Notes: generated by a model from the letters alone, not told the origin. 64,000 bases of DNA from Octopus sinensis (GCF_006345805.1 NC_043005.1:48546001-48610000); one strand, 5' to 3'. Positions 26,713 through 38,955 are shown, counted from the first letter of the stretch. Program-made: numbers and translations.

Positions 26713-27010
26713 TCATTTATATGAGTAGAAAGTGTGTTTTTGCCAGTGTTTACATTTGCATGATTTTTCTATGAGTGTGTTTACTAGGGGAACCTTAGAG
26801 AAAAGAATATGGAAGAGTTCAGAATTAGAAATGTTACAAAATCTCCTGCCCTTATCAAAAGGAAAGGATACAGACAGTATGAACCAATCTAACTTGAAAA
26901 TTATATTGTTGTCTTTAAGACGCCAAACTAATTTACTTAGCCCTGTACTATGTCGTTTTTTATTATCCCTGAATGTTGAATAGTGGTTTGAAATTCTCTT
27001 GGATATATAT
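26713..27010 (-). pseudogene. C-terminal part of a Penelope-like GIY-YIG endonuclease
   Basis: KRISNHYSTFRDNKKRHSTGLSKLVWRLKDNNIIFKLDWFILSVSFPFDKGRRFCNISNSELFHIL...CKCKHWQKH resembles the PLE endonuclease C-terminus (R..NH..SF...STxLSK..W.LK...W.IL...C.LC..E...C.H..K). Confidence 0.85.
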
Positions 27011-27031
27011 ATTAGAAATAGATGTATGAAA

Positions 27032-27781
27032 TCTTGGTACAATATAAAGGACATAATGGAAATTAACATGCACAAGTCATATTTTGCAACGCCACTGCAT
27101 CACATATGAAAAATGACATCGCTTAAATGGCGGTCATTTTCAGCTTCTCACGCCCGTGCTCTTTCCGAAACTGGCACCATAACACCCTCAAGAGTTTCCG
27201 ACCCCACTTCTCTGATTTCTGTATTCATGTTCTCCTTCAGTTGCACCAGGATCTCCGGTTTGTTGACGTAAATCCTTTCTTCCAGGTATCTCCACAAGAA
27301 AAAGATCCAGGCTAGTCAAGTCTGGGGAACGTGAAGGCTTTTCAGTGTAGACCTCAGACATGGTTCCAGCAAGATGGGGCAACTACTCATACTGCAAGAG
27401 AAACAATGCATTTGCTATGGTAGTGGTTTGGAGAGAGCATAATCTCTCGCTACGACAATGTCAACTGTCCTTCATGTTCTCCATACTTTACTTGTGCGGA
27501 TTTTTCTGGTGCATCTGAAGGAGAACATCAACAGACAAATCAGAGAAGTGGTGTCTGTAACTCTTGAGGGTGTTATGGTGCAAGTTTTGGAAAGAGCACG
27601 GGCGTGCCAAACTAAAAATTGTTGTCATTTAAGCGATCTCATTTCTCACATGTGCTGTAACGGTGTTACAAAATTTGACTTGTGCATATTAATTGCCATA
27701 ATGTCCTTTCATGCATTTTTTGTACAGGTAAGGAAGTTATTAAAAACTGAAACCTATCATTGCCTTTTGGAACATACAGTA
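27032..27781. mobile_element. Fold-back Tc1/mariner (maT/rosa-like) derivative: two transposase 3' ends in inverted orientation
   Basis: The plus strand reads WFQQDGATTHTARETMHLL from 27361 and the minus strand reads PSRSPDLTSLDLFL near 27335. About 27032-27215 is the diverged reverse complement of about 27538-27727. Confidence 0.85.
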
Positions 27782-27783
27782 TG

Positions 27784-27815
<32 letters not shown>

Positions 27816-27822
<7 letters not shown>

Positions 27823-27935
27823 ATCACGTGACCGACCAGGCCATCAGATGTTGTTACACATCGCTGGTCACAATGCGCTTCGCATTGTTTTAGCCTTCAA
27901 ATGACGCCACCCCGCTGGCTAAGCGAGCAGGTCAA
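27816..27935. repeat. Short structured repeat fragment inside (TA)n, possibly a LINE 3' end
   Basis: 16-bp palindrome TCACGTGATCACGTGA, then hairpins GACCAG..GATGT/ACATC.CTGGTC and ACAATGCG/CGCATTGT. Confidence 0.5.
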
Positions 27936-28074
27936 TATATATATATATATTATATATATGCATATACATAGATGCATGCATACATACATACATACATACA
28001 TACATACATACATACATACATACATACATACATACATACATACGTACGTACACACACGCATTTGTGTAAATGTA

Positions 28075-28244
28075 TACGAGGTGTTTCGAAAGGCCTGGCT
28101 GGAGGCCCAGTCTTCTGAGTTCTTTTACAGGGCTTAGAATACTCAAGGACCACTGCAATAAGTGTGTGAATCTGGGAGGGGAATACGTTGAATAAAATCA
28201 TAATTAACTGATTCTCCTGTGTTTTCTTTTCAGTCCCCCTTGTA
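28075..28244 (+). mobile_element. Internally deleted mariner (termini plus transposase C-terminus)
   Basis: TACGAGG...CCTTGTA termini. Encodes AWLEAQSSEFF and HCNKCVNLGGEYVE*. Confidence 0.8.
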
Positions 28245-28247
28245 TGT

Positions 28248-28278
<31 letters not shown>

Positions 28279-28294
28279 TACACACACATATATG

Positions 28295-28364
<70 letters not shown>

Positions 28365-28367
<3 letters not shown>

Positions 28368-28530
28368 TTCCCGGAAAAAAACAGAAGTCGAAGACAGGTG
28401 GTGTAGAGAAGAAACAGATGGATTAGTATAACGCTCGGGAATTGAAAAAGTCTTTTACGTTTCGAGCTTATGCTCTTCCACAGAAAGGAACACAGAGAAG
28501 AAACAAAGAGAGAAAAAATGTGTATAGTAG

Positions 28531-28532
<2 letters not shown>
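28365..28532 (-). mobile_element. Family B short HHR-bearing element
   Basis: Homologous to 51587-51800 and 11618-11707, and flanked by microsatellites. Confidence 0.75.
28452..28487 (-). ncRNA. 36-nt minimal hammerhead variant (CUGUGGA core)
   Basis: CTTT CTGTGGA A GAGC ataa GCTC GAAA C GTA AAAG. Stems I and II are perfect, and stem III is loopless palindromic ACGT. Confidence 0.75.
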
Positions 28533-28589
<57 letters not shown>

Positions 28590-28654
28590 TTCATATATAT
28601 ATGTGCGTATACACACACATTTGTGTGTGGTGTGTGTATTTATTTGTGTGTGTT

Positions 28655-28722
<68 letters not shown>

Positions 28723-29304
28723 TATGTGTGTGTGTCTGTATGTGTGTGTTTTAAAATAATTTTGTTACTTGTTTTTTGCATCTCACAATAAAAAGCGAAC
28801 TGGGCGCCGTGAAACACTTTTAGCAACTTATTTAATGCGCCGCATATAAAACAAAAATGCGTTGAAAGTTGCTGAACTAGGACAGCTGAACTAGGAACTA
28901 GGACATACCCAATGTAGATTTTGTGTGTGTCCACAGCATGTTTCATAAAACCAAGGAAGTTATATTTTGTTTTGCATAAGACAATATAAATATAAATACT
29001 TCAAATTAAATTTGAATGCATCTCCTTATACAATGCGTCATTAATTTTGTAATTTAATACGTTTATGTCCTACTGTATTGCATAACGCGAGATCTCCATG
29101 AATTTTTCCTCGCGAATTTCTGAACCTCATTCTGAAAGAGATTGTTTGCGTCAGTGAACTTGAAGATAAGTGCGAATATATATTGACTGAGCCTGTATGG
29201 TGATGAAATCAATCGGTTAAAATCAAAATATATGAGACGTACGTTATTTCATTCTCAAAACCTGACATGATGTTTCGGCTCTTTGCGTTTTGTACTCACA
29301 TTTA

Positions 29305-29816
29305 CCGTAAATCCTTGAGTATAATCCGCTTTTTTCCCAAAAAATTTAAAGGTCAAAATCCCTAGTGCGTACTATATACGAGGTTAAAAATGAAAACTAT
29401 TTTCTAAGCAATGTCCGAGTCTCTATTTGCTGCCCGGCAATGTTTATTCAGACGCATTTTGTGATGTCCGGCGAGAAAATGCCTTAAACTAAGCCTGAAA
29501 TCAATGAAGTCATAAAAGAATCATCCATAACATGCAGTAAGCAACATTTATTAAACACTATTACTGTTATTTCTTTATTTTCTGCAAGCAAAATGCACAA
29601 AAAATTTACACGTTTGCATTATGTTATATATACGATAATAATAAAGGACGTTACCGTATACATTTTTACAAACCAAGGACGTTATATAGACCTCCTTGAC
29701 TCAAGTTAGAGAAGGGGTGCGTATTATACACAAGGTTTAGGTTTTCCAGAGGTACAGCCCCTTAAAAATCCCCTGCGTATTATACTCAAGGGCGGACTAT
29801 ACTCGAAGATTTACGG
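29305..29816. mobile_element. pogo/Tc2-type MITE with TA target duplication
   Basis: TA|CCGTAAATCCTTGAGTATAATCCGC ... GCGGACTATACTCGAAGATTTACGG|TA, with subterminal TGCGTAYTATA repeats. Confidence 0.9.
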
Positions 29817-31109
29817 TACGTCCCATTGATGGTTATACAATTTCTCCTCACACATTGTAAGAAGGCGTTCGAACAATCTTGCCGTTGTGCTATGGAATCC
29901 GAAGGTTTGGACACAAAAATAGGCGGATGACTTACATTTTAGTAATGTATTCTGGGATAGTTTGTGTAGAAGTGCTCCATGTGTAGGAGCAGTATTCTGT
30001 TTGAGAGTCTAACTTACTAGCATCCTTGAAAGCATGGCAATTTTCAATACTTTAAAGTAATTAACCTCTGTCATTTGTTTGTTTAAAATAGGTAAAATAG
30101 CTTAATGGACGACACAAGACTGCGACATGAGACAAACTTCATTCTTACATTCATATTTTGTAACAGAAATTTCATCTAAATATCAATGAATATTTGTATA
30201 CAAGTTGACAGTAAGAAATAATATTGAAATACGCCGTTTGAAATTAAAAAAAAAACTTTATATAAAAGTGAGCGCTAGCATATTTGATGTGATAAGCCAT
30301 CAGGGGGAGACAAACCCTATATTTTGATGAATTAAAATTAAATAACGATGCAGTGTAGCTTTGAGTGAATCAGATCGTTAGCAATGTATTCACAAATCCG
30401 GGCATTTTAGGTTTTTTGTTTTTCTTTTTCAGACCTCATCAGGAAAGCGTGGTCTAACAGCCATATCTGTGAAATATCAGAACAACGAAAGAGATATTGG
30501 CTATCTGTGAATGAATCCAGAATGCGTGTAACTTTAAAGAGTAACTGGAATTTTTTTTTCCAGGGATGCTAGCTGCATTAAATCTTTGTAGCTAAGCTAG
30601 TGCTAGCATGCATGCTTCATGTAAGTAAATGAAGAAATTTTAAGGAATTAAAAATTACTTAGTGATGACGTCACTTCATCTTAATCTTAAAATGACACAA
30701 AAAGCTCAGGTATTTATTCATTTTATTTTACTGTATGTTCTGTATTTTATTATTTCTTTGTGTTACTATTATCGTTTTTTTTTTCTCTCTCTTCAACTTC
30801 TTTGTATCCCTGACCCCTGCATGCGTGCGTAAAACATGAACAGCGTTGAGCCCCGTTGGTCATGTTAGTGTGTATGTGTGTTTGGAAGGGGCGTTAAGGT
30901 TTAGTAGTAGTGGACAGACGGTATGCTGGTCCGGTTATGTCTGGTCTGGTCTGGTCAGGAGTGGAATGGAGTGGAGTGGATTGAACTGGAGTGGACTGGA
31001 CAATCCAGCGGCTACGTAAGATATGACGACGATACAAGCGGAATAGCTGAAATAGTTGGAAGTTCTTTTGGTGGCTAGCTTGGCGTGGCGTGAGATGGCT
31101 GGTCAGTCA

Positions 31110-31152
31110 TTACAGACAGACAAAGACAGAGAGGCAGAGAAAAAGAGAGGGT

Positions 31153-31183
<31 letters not shown>

Positions 31184-31644
31184 TGAGAGAGGTGGCTGCA
31201 ATGGAGAAATTTATTGATAAAATGAAATAGAAGAAAGTTGGGGTCAGAAAGAGACAGAGAACGAACGAGAAACAGAGAGAGACAGACAGATAGACAGAGA
31301 CAGAGACAGAGACAGAGACAGAAAGGAAGGAAGAAAGAAAGAGTAAGAAAGATGGAAGTGCAGTGGGGTGGGGTGGAATTTATTGATAAAATGAAACGGA
31401 AGGAAAAGAGAGAGACTGAGAGTGTGAGAGAAAGATTGATAGAGAAATAAAGAGAGTTTATGAAGGGGATGTGAGAGGGTAAAGATGATAATGATAGAAA
31501 GTTGTACATGAATGAGTAAATAGTTTGAGAGAAAGAGAGAGAGAGGGGGGGGAAGAGAAGTAAAGAGAGGAAGGTATAGACAGAGAGAAAGAGAGGAAAA
31601 AAATCGTAGAAATATAGACAGGAAGACATAGGTGCGAGATAGAA

Positions 31645-31675
<31 letters not shown>

Positions 31676-31702
31676 CATATTCAGATAGATAGATACATAG
31701 AT

Positions 31703-31762
<60 letters not shown>

Positions 31763-31763
31763 T

Positions 31764-31798
<35 letters not shown>

Positions 31799-31802
31799 GA
31801 TG

Positions 31803-31864
<62 letters not shown>

Positions 31865-32400
31865 TAGATAGATAGACAGATAGATAGAGAGAGAGAGGGG
31901 GGAGACAGAGACAGACAGAGAAACAGAGAGATAGGGTCGACAGAGAGAGGGGGGCATGAGAGAGAAAGAAATAGAGACATAGAAACGAAGAGACAGAGGT
32001 GACGGAGAGAGTAAAAGAGGATGGATGGATGGATGGATGGATGGGAGAGAGGTGCAAGTAGCATAAGGAAACTGAGTTTTACATAAATGTGTATATAGTT
32101 TAAGAGAGGGAAAGTGACAGGGGAACAGGATGGGGGACAATGGTCAATTTATTGATAAAATGAAACGGAAGGAAGATGAGAGGGAGAGGGAAAGAGGAGA
32201 AACAGAGAGAAATAGTTAGAGTGGAAGGAGAGATATGATGAAAGGGAGATAGCAAAAAAGAGAGGAGGGAGGTTAAGGAGCAATACAAGGATGTGTGAAG
32301 AGTATAAGAGAAAAAGAGAGAAAAGGGAGACAGAGAAAGGGTCAGTGGAGCAGAGTGGTGTGGTGGTTAATGGAAATGAGTAAGGATGAATGCGCCTTGC
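31110..32400. repeat. Purine-rich compound microsatellite tract ((GA)n, (GACAGA)n, (TAGA)n, (GGAT)n)
   Basis: Strong purine bias on the plus strand over about 1.3 kb. Confidence 0.9.
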
Positions 32401-32459
32401 CAGTTCTGATAGCGTGGAAAAATCTAGACAGGAACGGTCAAGCAAAAGAAAGCTGTCTA

Positions 32460-32528
32460 TCAATTGAAGTCAAATCTGTCGTAATCTTTTATACCGCGCC
32501 AGCCTACTGTCCTAGCGCGGACATACAC

Positions 32529-32565
<37 letters not shown>
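32460..32565 (-). promoter_or_regulatory. Candidate minus-strand TATA/Inr promoter with upstream GAGA tract
   Basis: Minus TATAAAAG starts at 32493, Inr-like TCAATT has its A at 32465 (28 bp away), CCGCGC/GCGCGG inverted pair at 32494-32520, and (GA)n upstream. Confidence 0.35.
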
Positions 32566-32567
<2 letters not shown>

Positions 32568-32775
32568 GAGACGGTCTTACACACGTATATATTGATATAC
32601 TAAGATTGAGTTACTCCCATCGAGAACTTACCCTACATATTTATTTTAACTTTACACACTTTCCCACTTAATTATATATATACATATATATATATATTCT
32701 TTATTTTATCTAGTTTCAGCTCACAAGCTGTGGCCATGCTGGGGCACCGCCATTTATATATATATATACATATAC

Positions 32776-32815
<40 letters not shown>

Positions 32816-32954
32816 TAGATAGATATGTATATGTATATAGATATATATATGTGTGTGTGTATATATATATATGTATGTGTGTGTGTGTGTGTGTATGTGT
32901 GTGTGTGTGAGTGTGTGTGAGTGTGAGACAGGTAGCGGCAATACACAGACAGAC

Positions 32955-33049
<95 letters not shown>

Positions 33050-33497
33050 CAAAGTTTAAAAACAAATCTTGGGAGAATATAAGTCACGCGATTGTTTTAA
33101 GCCCAAAAATTTTCATTGAAAAATTTAAGTCTTTCAAAACCTTTATTTTATTGTCAAACGATTTACTGCTAATAATTCAGTTGAAATTAATCTGTCAGGT
33201 TGACAATCTGTTCTTTTAAGCTAAGATTCACTCGGCATCAAAACTTTCATAAATCTTGAAAGATCCTTGTACTCAAGTGCATTTTAAGAAATTATACCCA
33301 ACACTATGAGGTTATTTGGGAAATGCTAGAATATCTTTCGTGTTATAAATAGGGTCACGATAGTTGTAACCATTGTGTTTCTGAGAAAATTAATATTTTG
33401 TTCTACTAGACTACCTTAGTGGACTCCTCTTCAGTTAAAACTGTTGTCTGCCATAACTGAAATATTTTTATGTATTGACGTGTACATATATATATAT

Positions 33498-33830
33498 TGG
33501 GTAGTGGGTAGCGATTTTCTTCACTACCTCAGGGAGTGACGACCCTGCCTGAAAGGAGTCCCATGCTCAGCTGGCTCCGCCTGATAGTACACGGTATGGG
33601 CCCCTATCCAGAGTTACGGAAAGGAGACAACCTCCAAAGAAATCTGGAGAGGAGCCCCGTAGGCAGTTTAGTGTTCGATTCGGCAGTCTTCCGGCAGCTC
33701 CTGCAACCAAACTGGTGCCAATCGCAAGGTCGAGAGAGGAATCCCGACAATTGGGCAGCCCAGGATTTTCTTACATCTAGCCCAGGCCTGTGCAAAACTG
33801 GAAAGGAAACCGGAGAAGAAACATGAAATG
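33498..33830 (+). mobile_element. GC-rich retroposon fragment, resembling an RTE-clade 5' UTR
   Basis: Abrupt GC shift after (TA)n. CTTCCGGCAGCTCCTGCAACCAAACTGGTGCCA is recalled as RTE-UTR-like but was not verified. Confidence 0.35.
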
Positions 33831-33944
33831 TAAAAACCAGACTATATTAGTTTATGCGCAACTCCGTTGCTTCCCGAGACAAAAGGATGCCAACAACAAC
33901 AATATAGATAGATAGATAGATCGATAGATAGATAGATAGATAGA

Positions 33945-34240
33945 TAAAACTTACTTGAAAACCGATGTGTGGCTTTCAATCAAATAATAATATAGATTAT
34001 ATTTATATACATATATATATGCATATATACACACACATATGTACATACAATCATATGTATGTATGAATATAGATATGCATATATGGGTACAGGATGTCAC
34101 AAAACGTAAACAACATGAAATACGAAAATAACGTTGGATACGCAAAGAACGAGAGAAACAATGGAAAACAAGACAAGTAACATAAAAAAAACGACCCTTC
34201 ATCAGTTGTCAGCTGTCCTTCTACTCCATATTTCGAGCAG
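33945..34240 (-). mobile_element. Family A copy 3
   Basis: The reverse complement matches 760-1040 (ACAACTGATGAAGGG, ACATCCTGTACCCATATATGCAT, CCACACATCGGTTTTCAAGTAAGTTTT). Confidence 0.7.
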
Positions 34241-35499
34241 CACCTTTGGGATTAGAATATGAGTAGAGAATTGTGTTATTAGGGAGTAGAAACATGACCG
34301 ATAATCGGATGATATTCATTTAGTCTAGAACCTTAGTAATTTCCAAGAAAATTTGACAGTTTACGGAAATGCTGGATGGGGTAATACGAGAAAATGTCGA
34401 TAATTTTATCATTCATTCTTGAAAATTAATCTCCTTTTGATTTTCACTAAAATGTGCGTTTTTGTAATAAGGTGGTGAGTTACAGAATGCTCAGAAACTT
34501 TCAGTTTCTTTCAACCAAAGCCACTCACAAAACTTTGGGCAATCCATAGCTATAGAAAAAGATACTTGTCCAAGGTGCCATGCAGTGAGATTGAACCCAA
34601 GACTACAGGTCTGGAAAGTAAGCTTCTTAACCACACAGCTTTTGACTTTACTATGAAGACAATAACAGCGACAATAGCAAAACTTTCTGACAATTTGAAC
34701 TATTGGAAACCTCTACGAGACCGTTCTAATTTACTAGAAATAGCTGATGTTTTTCACTCAACTCACATTCTCCTATCTTAAAAGAAAAATGTGTGGGGAG
34801 AAGCATAATGGCTAACGTAGTCCATGATACACTATGTCTGGAAAAACATTGAATGGTTAAGGTTGGAATCCTTTTAGACATGTTTACTGGTCCAAGCCTG
34901 TCTTGGATCTAAATATCAACAGCTTAAACATTCGGTCGTCGTCATCGTCGTGGAGGTGATAACGGAGGTTTTTTTTCTGTTCATCTTGATGGTGGACAGT
35001 CAATTTGTCGACCGTGATTAACTTGTAAACGGCTGAGTATTTCACACACGCGTATATCTTTAACATAATTCTCGAACCGAATCAGCTTGAGAGGCCGAGC
35101 TTTCATTTTTTTATTGCCTGTTTCTTAGCTTTGTTTTTTTTTTAATATGAAACATAGACACAAATTACATGCACACATACATATATACACGTACGCATGC
35201 ATGCATACAACATACATGCATGCATACATAAATACAAAGATGCATGTATGCATGCATACACATGCATACATACATACATACATACATACATACATACATA
35301 CAGACATACATACATACATACATGCATACATACACACAATGATTCGTAAACACGATCCAATGCATACAATCTGACGCACAGGAGCATACATACCACACAC
35401 AAACACACACACACACACATATATATATACGAAACTAATAAGATTAGGTAAATTAATTAAGGGAATTGTACGTAATTAGAATCCTCCCCTTTCTTTTCC

Positions 35500-35880
35500 T
35501 TCTAATGTAGGCCCGGGGCCTGACGTTTTCAGTGAGAAAGCTAATAGATTGCATCGACCCCAGTGCTCAGGTGGTGCTTCTTATATCGTAAACGAAAGAC
35601 TGCGAGGCCAAGTCGACTTCGGTGTAATTTGAACTCACAAATTTAAAAGCCGAAAGAAATGGCACTAAACATTTGTCCGGCGTGGTAACGGTTCCAACAG
35701 CTCGCTGCCTTTAGTTTTTATTTATTTTTTTCTTCTAATAAATGCATAAGGCCTGAAATTTGGGAGAAGCATCAGTCGATAATATCGATCCCAGTACTAG
35801 ACTGGTACTTTATTTTATCGGCCCCGAAAGAATAAAAGGCAAAGTTGGCCTCGGTGGGATTTGAACTCAGAAAGCAAAAA
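35500..35880 (-). mobile_element. Two adjacent Meta/MESC-core SINEs
   Basis: Two blocks of ATCGAYCCCAGT...GGCAAAGT.G.CCTCGG..GGATTTGAACTCA. Confidence 0.75.
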
Positions 35881-36313
35881 ATCAGGAGAAATATCGCATA
35901 ATTATACACCGAGCTCACCGTCACTTTACCACTAGAATACTTGAGTGAGTTTCTTAACCACACAGCCATTTTCGCGCCTGCATATAGATAGATAGATAGA
36001 TAGATAGACAAGCATATACTTACATACAAATACGTATATATGTGTGTATGTGTGTGTGTGTGTGCGTGTGCGTGTGTGTGTGTGTGTGTGTATGTTATGT
36101 ATATATATTGATAAATGCAGGGGTAAAGTTTCACACAAATCAAAAGTTATTGGGGAAAAAAATCAATATAAAGTATACAGATTTCAATGTACGGAGATGT
36201 ATTAAAATGAATCCTTCTCTATAGAAAGTATATTTTCACTGATTTCTGCTGTCGTTTTCAATCTTAAAATTCTGATTTTATTCTGATCTTATCTAATTCA
36301 ATTCGTCGCATTT

Positions 36314-36356
36314 CACTTGACTGGCTTCGGGCTGAGTACTCACACGTTATCAAGTG
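36314..36356 (-). ncRNA. Decayed hammerhead-like motif downstream of the PLE
   Basis: CAC TTGATAA cgtgTGAGtaCTCAgccc GAAG CCA GTC AAGTG has three core changes. Position and strand fit the 3' repeat of the adjacent PLE. Confidence 0.35.
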
Positions 36357-37830
36357 AGTGGCTTTGAGAGCAGTTTCCCATTCTTTTATGCCCACATTGT
36401 ATTTTTAGAATTCCCTTGATAAAGTGTAACATTTAGATTCAAATAGACACAAAGTGTGTGTGTGTGTATGATGTGTGTGCGTGCGTGTGTGTGTGTGTAT
36501 CTGTATGTGTGTGTGTGTTGTATTTGTAAACATGTAGTGGGTATGAGAATAAATGGAAAGGGTTATCTATAAATGGATATAATGTCGAGCGAAGTTTGAA
36601 TATGGATAAAAGGGACATGAGAAGAGGGAGAAGTGTTCAAAAAAGGTTTTTAAATTTGTTTCTCTCAAGTTTTTATAATAATGTGCGTTCTGTGGAGTTT
36701 GTGTGTGTATGTGTCTATGTTTATGTGAGTGTGTGTGCGCGCGCGTGTGTGTGTGTGATTCCACAAATAGTCAAATTCAAAGGAATGCCGATGGAGTTCA
36801 AAGCTGTTCATGCGTTATAGAATACTGTGAAGTTTTCTTTCTACCAGAATTAATTATAAATTTAGGCCTGGTTTTCTTTGGTGATTTCTTGTTGTTCCGT
36901 AATTGAATCGGAGCATCTATTGAAGGAATATTTTAAAATTAAGAATATTCAGCTCTGTACATACTGTATATCCGCTTAAATTGAGTTGTCTTGTGTTTTT
37001 ATCACCGATTTGTTGGCAGTGTATGGTCATTCTCATAGCAAATGATATTCTGGTCTATCCGATATAGTTTTCCAGACATCCGCGACACACCAGATTGATG
37101 GTTCTCAGAGTTGTAAGAAAAATTTTCATTTATTCAGAAAGTTTGTCCATTTTGAATTAGAATTCCGATGCTGCAGTTATGTATACACATCAGTCACAAC
37201 TTTTCATCTGCATTTAGTAACCATGGGATTAGAAATTTGCATATATATTTTTCTCCTGTCACTATGCTTTTTAATGTTTTTTGGGGCTATTTTTGCCTTT
37301 GGAGATTTGCTAATATCCTAGAATATTAAATTTTTTTTTATCTTCATATAGAAAAAAGAGGGTTTAGACAAAAAACAAATTTCTTTTTCGGTTTAATTTT
37401 TTGTTCTCTTTCGATATTGAGCATTAATGAATTTTGACATATCGATTCCGTTAGTAATTAAACTAAGAGGGAAATCTCTTTATACAACTACATTTTTCAG
37501 TTAGTCTTTTGTCGGATACGATACTATTGTACGTATTCTTTTTGCTAGGCTGAATTGAATGTACTTTTTTGGCATGTTTACAGTGGCCCAAGTGAAGTGA
37601 AAGTTCTGTTTGAAATACATGGGTATACAATAAATATTGCCTTCTAATTTTTCATTTATTTGCCTGATTGAAATATCCATAAAGGCAGTTCATCCTGGCT
37701 AACCCTCCTAGGGAATTGAATAACCTTATTTATATTAATAATTACTGTTTTAAATTCTGTGATTATGTCAAGGTTTTTTCTTCCATGGGATAAACCACAG
37801 ATTCAAATATCTCTTTTCGGTGTGATTTCA

Positions 37831-38048
37831 TTTACTCTTTACTTTTTTTACTCTTTTACTTGTTTTGGTCATTTTGACTGCCGCCATGCTGGAGCACCGC
37901 CTTTAGTCAAGCAAATCGACTCCACGACTTATTCTTTGTAAGCCTAGTACTTATTCTATCGGTCTCTTTTGCCGAACCTCTAAGGTACTAGGACGTAAAC
38001 ACACCAGCATCGGTTGCCAAGTGATGTTGGGGACACACACACACACAA

Positions 38049-38122
<74 letters not shown>

Positions 38123-38285
38123 GACGGGCCTCTTTCAGTTTCAGTCTACCAAATCCACTCACAAGGCTTTGGTTGCCCCGAGGTTATAGTAGAAGACACT
38201 TGCCCAAGGTGCCACGCAGTGGGACTGAACCCAGAACCATGTGGTTCGTAAGCAAGCTACTTGCCACTCAGCCACTCCTGCGCCT
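37831..38285 (-). mobile_element. Full-length OR-like SINE inserted in the PLE RT
   Basis: Head AGGCGCAGGAGTGGCTGAGTGGCAAGTAGCTTGCTTACGAACCACATGGTTCTGGGTTCAGTCCC, internal (TA)n(TG)n and (AGTAAA)-like tail. Confidence 0.92.
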
Positions 38286-38464
38286 ATTTCTTAATTTTTT
38301 TTTAATATGTGTAGAATGCGCTTCGAAATTTAGTAGCGATTGATTATAAAGCATGTTTTCATCGTATCTCATTTCCAAATAGGTATATGAATGGACCTTC
38401 TTGTCCATTTCATTATCTGGTATTTGTCGATATGCTGATCCATCGAACATAGAATGGTTTTGTA

Positions 38465-38955
38465 AATAACAATAATATTTCATAAGCTTGAAGCTTATAA
38501 GCGATCACCGTGTATTGATGCCGTGCGTAAGAAAAACACTTTTTTTCCCGTCGAGGGCTTATATGCCGCAATATCAGACTAGTTTCTTTAATCAATATAC
38601 GGTGATCGCCTTTACGCTTATAAAATATTATTATTATTTACAGAGTTGTTCACTCGTCACCGCTTCTCAAATCATCGCAGAAAACACACATGCTTGTTTG
38701 TTTAAAAACCAGCACTATGAAATTAGGGTTCTTAAATCTAACGGGAAGAACGCGAATATGTAGAGGTGTGGGTTAGTATCTCATGCGTACGGAAACCCAC
38801 GTTTCTCCGTCGAGGGCTTATATGCCCCAATATTGGACTATTTTCTTTAATCAATACACGCTGATCTCTTTAAGCTTACAAAATATTATTATTTACCGAA
38901 TTGATCTCTCATCACCGCTTCTCAAATCATTACAGAAAACGCAGATTCTTATTTG
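38465..38955. repeat. Insertion with a 260-bp-period direct repeat plus an inverted partial copy
   Basis: CGTCGAGGGCTTATATGCC starts blocks at 38548 and 38808. 38461-38519 is the reverse complement of about 38591-38642. Confidence 0.75.

Noticed and set aside
30425-30445. Minus-strand CTGATGA GGTCT GAAA
   Set aside because: No stem II or cleavage triplet; overlaps a polypyrimidine tract.
31208-32165. CRISPR-like reading of the repeated 20-mer
   Set aside because: Irregular spacing (169 and 769 bp), low-complexity spacers, eukaryotic context and no cas genes.
33500-33560. HDV-like ribozyme at the RTE-like 5' end (GGTAGTG/CACTACC as P1)
   Set aside because: Only 15 nt lie between the P1 strands, too few for P2, P3 and L3; treated as a plain hairpin.
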